Below, piece by piece: positions 59,622-64,000 of a stretch of 64,000 nucleotides of DNA. Numbering within the stretch: position 1 is the first letter of the stretch; each line of letters opens with the position of its first letter. Source of the DNA: Sulfurospirillaceae bacterium (GTDB taxonomy: Bacteria; Campylobacterota; Campylobacteria; Campylobacterales; Sulfurospirillaceae); NCBI GenBank assembly GCA_033723415.1, contig JAWVXD010000002.1, positions 192,001 through 256,000 on the forward strand. Direction: 5' to 3'. The notes under the pieces were generated by a model. That model did not search any database, was not told the origin of the DNA, and saw only the letters and a program-made list of their open reading frames with translations. Made by a program: the position numbers and the translations under genes.

Positions 59622-60119
59622 TTATTTCATATTTATGAAATTAAGCGGTATTTCCATATCTTTTTCTTTTATTGCTCGTATAGCTTCTTGCAGATCGTCG
59701 ATTGATTTTCCTACGACTCTTACTTCTTCACCTCTTATAGATGTTTGCACTTTTAATTTTAGATCTTTAATCTCTTTGACTATTTTTTTTGCATCTTCAG
59801 ATGATATTGTATCATTGACACTAACAGTAAGTTTTGTGTTACCTCCACCTACACTGTCTCTTTTGAATTCTTTTAAAGCTTTTGGCGATATGCCTCTTTT
59901 TATAGCTTTTGAGACCAATATGTCAAACATAGCATCAGCTTTGTTATCGCTAGTAGTTAGTAGATATATTGCTTTTGCATTTTCATTATAATCGACTTCT
60001 GCCTTAATCCCTCGAAAATCATACCGATTTACGATCTCTTTTTTTGCCTGTTCTATCGCATTTTTCAACTCTTGTTTGTCAATCTCTGCAGTTATATCAA
60101 AACTATGCTCTTTTGCCAT
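59622..60119 (-). CDS. yajQ: YajQ-family nucleotide-binding protein
   Basis: SFDI, QEL.NA, RYDF.G, KVQ.SI.GEEVRV.GK.IDDLQ. Confidence 0.93.
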   Translation of the reverse strand: MAKEHSFDITAEIDKQELKNAIEQAKKEIVNRYDFRGIKAEVDYNENAKAIYLLTTSDNKADAMFDILVSKAIKRGISPKALKEFKRDSVGGGNTKLTVSVNDTISSEDAKKIVKEIKDLKLKVQTSIRGEEVRVVGKSIDDLQEAIRAIKEKDMEIPLNFINMK

Positions 60120-61050
60120 TATCTTCTCCTATAAAATCTTCTATATTTTTTGCTACCATTTTTATTAATTTTTCTCTAGATTCTATACTAGCCCATGCTA
60201 TATGGGGTGAGAACCTTATATGTTCCGAATTTTTAACGCCTAAAAGCGGATTTTCTTCGCATATAGGTTCAGATTTTACAACATCAAGACCTGCAAAAAT
60301 TTCTTGATTGTCAATCGCATATGCCAGATCATCTTCATTTATAATCCCGCCTCTTCCCATATTCATTATAATTGATCGTTTTTTCATCTTGCAAAGTTCT
60401 TCTTTTTTTATGAGATTTTCTGTTTTTTCATTAAGTGGAGCGTGTATTGAGATTATATCACTGATCTTCAATAATTCATCTAAATCTACTTGTTTGTATT
60501 CAGTGTTATTGTTCTTTCCTGATGTAGAAAAATAAATCACGCGTGAGCCAAAAGCAGTTGCAATCTTTGCGACTTCCCTACCTATGCTTCCTAATCCGAT
60601 GATGCCCCAAGTTTTGTCTTTAATTTCAAAAAACTCTCTATCTAAGTTTGTAAAGATTTTACTTTTTGACCATTGTTTTGATTTTACATACGTGTCATAG
60701 TATGCACTATTGCCAATTATAGAAAAAAGCATCGTAAAAGTTTCTTGTGCAACAGAAAATGTTGAATATCCTGCAACATTCTTTACTACAATATTTTTTT
60801 TCTTTGCATATTCCAAATCTACATTATTTGTACCTGTGGCAGATATGCATATCAGTTTCAACTTTTTACACTGATCCATAATATCCTTATCTATAACGAC
60901 CTTGTTTGTTATGACAATTTCGCTATCTCCAATATTTTGAATTGTTTTTTTATGATCTGTGAAATCATAAGTTTTTAACTCGCCAAATTTTTCAAAGATG
61001 CTTAGATCAACATCTCCAATAGTAGATTTATCTAGTACTGTAATCTTCAT
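60103..61050 (-). CDS. D-2-hydroxyacid dehydrogenase
   Basis: ATGTNNVD, GIIGLGSIG, SIHAPL, NMGRGG, LDV..EP, PHIAW. Confidence 0.93.
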   Translation of the reverse strand: MKITVLDKSTIGDVDLSIFEKFGELKTYDFTDHKKTIQNIGDSEIVITNKVVIDKDIMDQCKKLKLICISATGTNNVDLEYAKKKNIVVKNVAGYSTFSVAQETFTMLFSIIGNSAYYDTYVKSKQWSKSKIFTNLDREFFEIKDKTWGIIGLGSIGREVAKIATAFGSRVIYFSTSGKNNNTEYKQVDLDELLKISDIISIHAPLNEKTENLIKKEELCKMKKRSIIMNMGRGGIINEDDLAYAIDNQEIFAGLDVVKSEPICEENPLLGVKNSEHIRFSPHIAWASIESREKLIKMVAKNIEDFIGEDNGKRA

Positions 61051-61069
61051 AGAACCCTCGTTACTGCCG

Positions 61070-61759
61070 CTAAGTCCAACTTAACATATCTTTTAAATTC
61101 ATATTTTTCTTATTTTTTTTTACAAAAATTTTTCCATCACTGTATTTTACACCATCATCTACGCCGACTTTTTTGCTAATCTCTTCTTTAATTATCTTTT
61201 TTTCTTTTTTGGAATACCCTCTTTCTTTAAGATAATCTCGTAGATCCTGCCAGCTCTCATATGAGTCTAATATCTCATCCGTATCGTTTTTTTCTTTGTC
61301 TATTTCAATCTCAATAGTATCTATATCATCATCTGATATATCTGTTTGTATATCTTCATACATATTTTCTTTTTTTTCTAGTACAGGCCTTGTTGCAAGA
61401 GCTAGTATATTCTTAAGCTGTTCATCTCTTTGCTTATAGATCAATTCAACTTTTTCTGTCGATTCAATTAAAAGTTTTTCTTTTTCTTTGATCAATCTAT
61501 CTTTATCTGCTTCTAACCTTTTATTTTTTTCTTTAAGCTCATATAATTCATCTTTGAGAAGTTGAATATAGGCATCATTTACGTTGTTGTTTATTTTTTT
61601 GACTTTAGTAGCTTTTTTTATGTCTTCTGTTAGTACTATATATTTAACACCGTTTTCAACTACTGATTCTAAAGAACCTCTTCTAATTCTGTTGTAGATT
61701 GCTTCCTTACTTACGCCTAAAAGCTCTGCGGTTTCTATTACAGTCAGTTTTTTTTCCAT
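61070..61759 (-). CDS. HTH DNA-binding protein with coiled coil
   Basis: LTVIETAELLGVSKEAIYNRIRRG excisionase/MerR-like HTH followed by heptad-rich segment. Confidence 0.75.
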   Translation of the reverse strand: MEKKLTVIETAELLGVSKEAIYNRIRRGSLESVVENGVKYIVLTEDIKKATKVKKINNNVNDAYIQLLKDELYELKEKNKRLEADKDRLIKEKEKLLIESTEKVELIYKQRDEQLKNILALATRPVLEKKENMYEDIQTDISDDDIDTIEIEIDKEKNDTDEILDSYESWQDLRDYLKERGYSKKEKKIIKEEISKKVGVDDGVKYSDGKIFVKKNKKNMNLKDMLSWT

Positions 61760-61854
61760 AAAATTTCCTTTTTAGGTCAATAGAAAACATTATACGTTTT
61801 TTTGCTAAATGTTAGTTAAAATTAAGCTAATGGTTATGTTTGTTAGTGAAGATT

Positions 61855-61876
61855 GGCTAAGGAAATATCCTTAGCC
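61855..61876 (-). terminator. Hairpin downstream of rpsU
   Basis: GGCTAAGGA-N4-TCCTTAGCC perfect 9-bp stem. Confidence 0.6.
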
Positions 61877-61884
61877 GTTAGTGT

Positions 61885-62097
61885 TTAGAGCTTAGATTCA
61901 TATCTACGAAGCATATAAAGTCTTTTAAGCATTTTTTTACGAGCGCTAATTTTTTGTTTTTTTCGCTTTTCAGTAGCTGTTTCAAAAAATCTTCTAGCTC
62001 TCGTTTCTGTAACAACTAGGTTACGGTCAATCTGCTTTTTAAATTTTCTATAAGCTTCTTCAAATGAATCGTTTGGGTGTACTTTAATCCCAGGCAT
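61885..62097 (-). CDS. rpsU: 30S ribosomal protein S21
   Basis: MPGIKV...[27 protein letters not shown], Campylobacterota-type S21. Confidence 0.96.
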   Translation of the reverse strand: MPGIKVHPNDSFEEAYRKFKKQIDRNLVVTETRARRFFETATEKRKKQKISARKKMLKRLYMLRRYESKL

Positions 62098-62185
62098 ACT
62101 CTACCACCGCCTCTCTTAAAATTTTGAATTTATATTATAGCAGAATAAAGTAAAAAATAACTTTGACGTAAAATACACTTTTTTC

Positions 62186-62214
62186 TTGACTTTAACCGCC
62201 AATAATAATATACT
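62186..62214 (+). promoter_or_regulatory. Sigma70 promoter
   Basis: TTGACT-N17-TATACT upstream of the ATG at 62240; the ORF track's TTG start is this -35 box. Confidence 0.7.
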
Positions 62215-62239
62215 TTCGAGTGATAAAAAGGTGACATTT

Positions 62240-62890
62240 ATGAACGTAGTATTATTACATGCAAAAGACAACAAAGCTGATGTTATTTATCAACAGAAGC
62301 ATATCTTCCGATATGCTCATCAAAATGACTTAAGTATAGACTCTACTGAGATAGATTCTTTTGATATGGCAGATAGTCTGTCTTCAAGAAATGAATTAAA
62401 GGGTTTTCTTAGATCTTTGGATATTGGTGATAGTGTCTTAATATATAGTTTATCTACTTTCTCGTACAATATAGAGGAATTAGTAAAAATTTTCAATTGT
62501 TTGTTTGAGAGGTCTATTAGTGCACATGTGACTAGTCTGGATTTAAAAATAACGAAAGATACACCTGTAGGCATGCTTTTTAGCATATTTTTAAAAGAAC
62601 AAGAAAAAAATCTTTATAAAAATAAAACTTCAATACAAGGTAGGCCAAAAGGTAGAATGTCAAAATCAAAATTTGATATTTATAGGCTGAAAATCATTGA
62701 ACTTTTGGAAAACAAACATTCTGTAAATGAGATTTCAAAGATCTTGGCGGAGAGTCGAAGCTCTCTTAAAGATTATATAAATTCAAGAGGTTTAAAAGAT
62801 TTAGTAGAGACAAGAAAGAATCTACTTGGGGAAAAAGACTTTGAGGAAAACAAGAAAAAATTCTCAAAGTGTAAGATAATTAAGAAATAA
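62240..62890 (+). CDS. Resolvase-like (serine recombinase fold) HTH protein lacking the catalytic motif
   Basis: R.EL..FL..L..GD.VLIYSLS, GRPKG hinge, C-terminal HTH; no YxRVS motif. Confidence 0.7.
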   Translation: MNVVLLHAKDNKADVIYQQKHIFRYAHQNDLSIDSTEIDSFDMADSLSSRNELKGFLRSLDIGDSVLIYSLSTFSYNIEELVKIFNCLFERSISAHVTSLDLKITKDTPVGMLFSIFLKEQEKNLYKNKTSIQGRPKGRMSKSKFDIYRLKIIELLENKHSVNEISKILAESRSSLKDYINSRGLKDLVETRKNLLGEKDFEENKKKFSKCKIIKK

Positions 62891-62905
62891 GGAAGGGGAA
62901 AGCAT

Positions 62906-64000
62906 ATGGCTTGCGATATAAACTCTAAGTCACCAATATATAAGAACAAAAGATATATTACATTTGCAATTATTACTGTAATATCACTTGTTTTACCATT
63001 TATAAGGATTAATGGGAACCATCTATTTTTATTGAATTTTGATCAAAAAAAATTAAATCTATTTTTTACTTCTTTTGATATGCAAGAACTTTATTTAATG
63101 CCGTTTTTACTGATCATGTTATTTCTTAGCATATTTTTCATGACTACTTTAGGCGGTAGAGTTTGGTGTGGTTGGTCATGTCCTCAAACTATATTTAGAA
63201 CAATATATAGAGATCTTATAGAAACAAAATTACTTAAATTAAGAAGAAGCACAGACAATAAGCAAAAAAATCCAAAAAGTGGTCAATATTTTAAAAAACT
63301 GATAGCAATTTTGTTGTGGTCAGTATTGGCTTTGATCGCAGCTTCAGATTTTATATGGTATTTCGTACCTCCGGAGACATTTTTTCAATACATTCAAGAT
63401 CCTATGAATCACACTGTCTTATATGGTTTTCTTATAGGAGTTACACTTTTCATAGTTTATGATGTAATTGCACTTAAAGAAAATTTCTGTATATATATAT
63501 GCCCATATGCGAGGGTTCAATCAGTTATGTTTGATGAAGATACTATTCAGCCTATATATAGTGAAAAAAGAGGAGGTAAGGTTTATGACGCTCATGGCGT
63601 CAAGCTTTGGAGTAAACCTCCAGGAGAAACGGATGAGTGTACAGGTTGCGAAGCTTGTGTAAGAGTATGTCCTACTCATATAGATATCAGAAAAGGTATG
63701 CAATTAGAGTGTATAAATTGTCTAGAGTGCGCTGACGCATGTGTACCAATCATGGAAAAATTCGGCAAGCCTTCACTCATATCATGGGTTAGTGCAAATG
63801 CTGAAGAAAAAGGTATCAAAACCAAATATATAAGATTTAGAACCGTAGCTTACGGGATAGCACTGACTATTGCTTTTATTGGGCTTATGCTAATGGGAAG
63901 CACAAAAGAGCATATGCTACTGAACATCAATAGAACTAGTGAACTATACAAGATAGAAGATCATGGGAAAACAGTAGAAAATGTTTATACTTTTTTATTC
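62906..64000 (+). CDS. ccoG: Cytochrome c oxidase (cbb3) accessory protein, runs off the window
   Basis: From ATG 62906: GRVWCGWSCPQT, FCIYICPY, CTGCEACVRVCP, CINCLECADAC; missing from the ORF track because there is no stop in the window. Confidence 0.93.
   Translation, partial: MACDINSKSPIYKNKRYITFAIITVISLVLPFIRINGNHLFLLNFDQKKLNLFFTSFDMQELYLMPFLLIMLFLSIFFMTTLGGRVWCGWSCPQTIFRTIYRDLIETKLLKLRRSTDNKQKNPKSGQYFKKLIAILLWSVLALIAASDFIWYFVPPETFFQYIQDPMNHTVLYGFLIGVTLFIVYDVIALKENFCIYICPYARVQSVMFDEDTIQPIYSEKRGGKVYDAHGVKLWSKPPGETDECTGCEACVRVCPTHIDIRKGMQLECINCLECADACVPIMEKFGKPSLISWVSANAEEKGIKTKYIRFRTVAYGIALTIAFIGLMLMGSTKEHMLLNINRTSELYKIEDHGKTVENVYTFLF

Noticed and set aside
62240..62890. Active transposon or invertible segment
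   Set aside because: No catalytic serine motif, transposase or flanking inverted repeats seen

Overview
AT-rich chromosomal window from a free-living Campylobacterota (epsilonproteobacterial) genome, probably Sulfurospirillum/Sulfurimonas-like; this is inferred from protein style, the tRNA-Arg(TCG) gene and the purN-nnr-yifB-def-clpP-tig / folE-fliI and rpsU-ccoG gene order. About 47-64 kb is core genome (5-tRNA operon, purN, nnr, comM/yifB, def, clpP, tig, folE, fliI, nifS-nifU, yajQ, rpsU, partial ccoG). About 0-47 kb is accessory: a MacAB-TolC-type exporter, an MCP, a TPP-riboswitch-controlled thiD-cytX-thiM salvage operon, four regulator/detox divergons (TetR, HxlR, MocR, MarR), aspA, a signal-peptide Hsp20 and a Cache-PAS-GGDEF-EAL protein. 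Two loci stand out. (1) At 13.2-16.8 kb an intact, translationally coupled three-gene cassette (NdpA/YejK-like nucleoid protein plus two membrane proteins) sits inside the remains of a type I restriction-modification locus (hsdS and rhuM remnants): a candidate uncharacterised anti-phage system. (2) At 28.8-46.5 kb, next to tRNA-Leu, a 12-gene type II secretion cluster is followed by two lipoproteins (Ig-like + DUF3494 ice-binding-type; 1003-aa His-rich LVIVD beta-propeller) with a long structured leader and repeated operator motifs, then a c-di-GMP enzyme: a candidate surface-display/adhesion system. All family calls come from reading motifs by eye; no database search was run.
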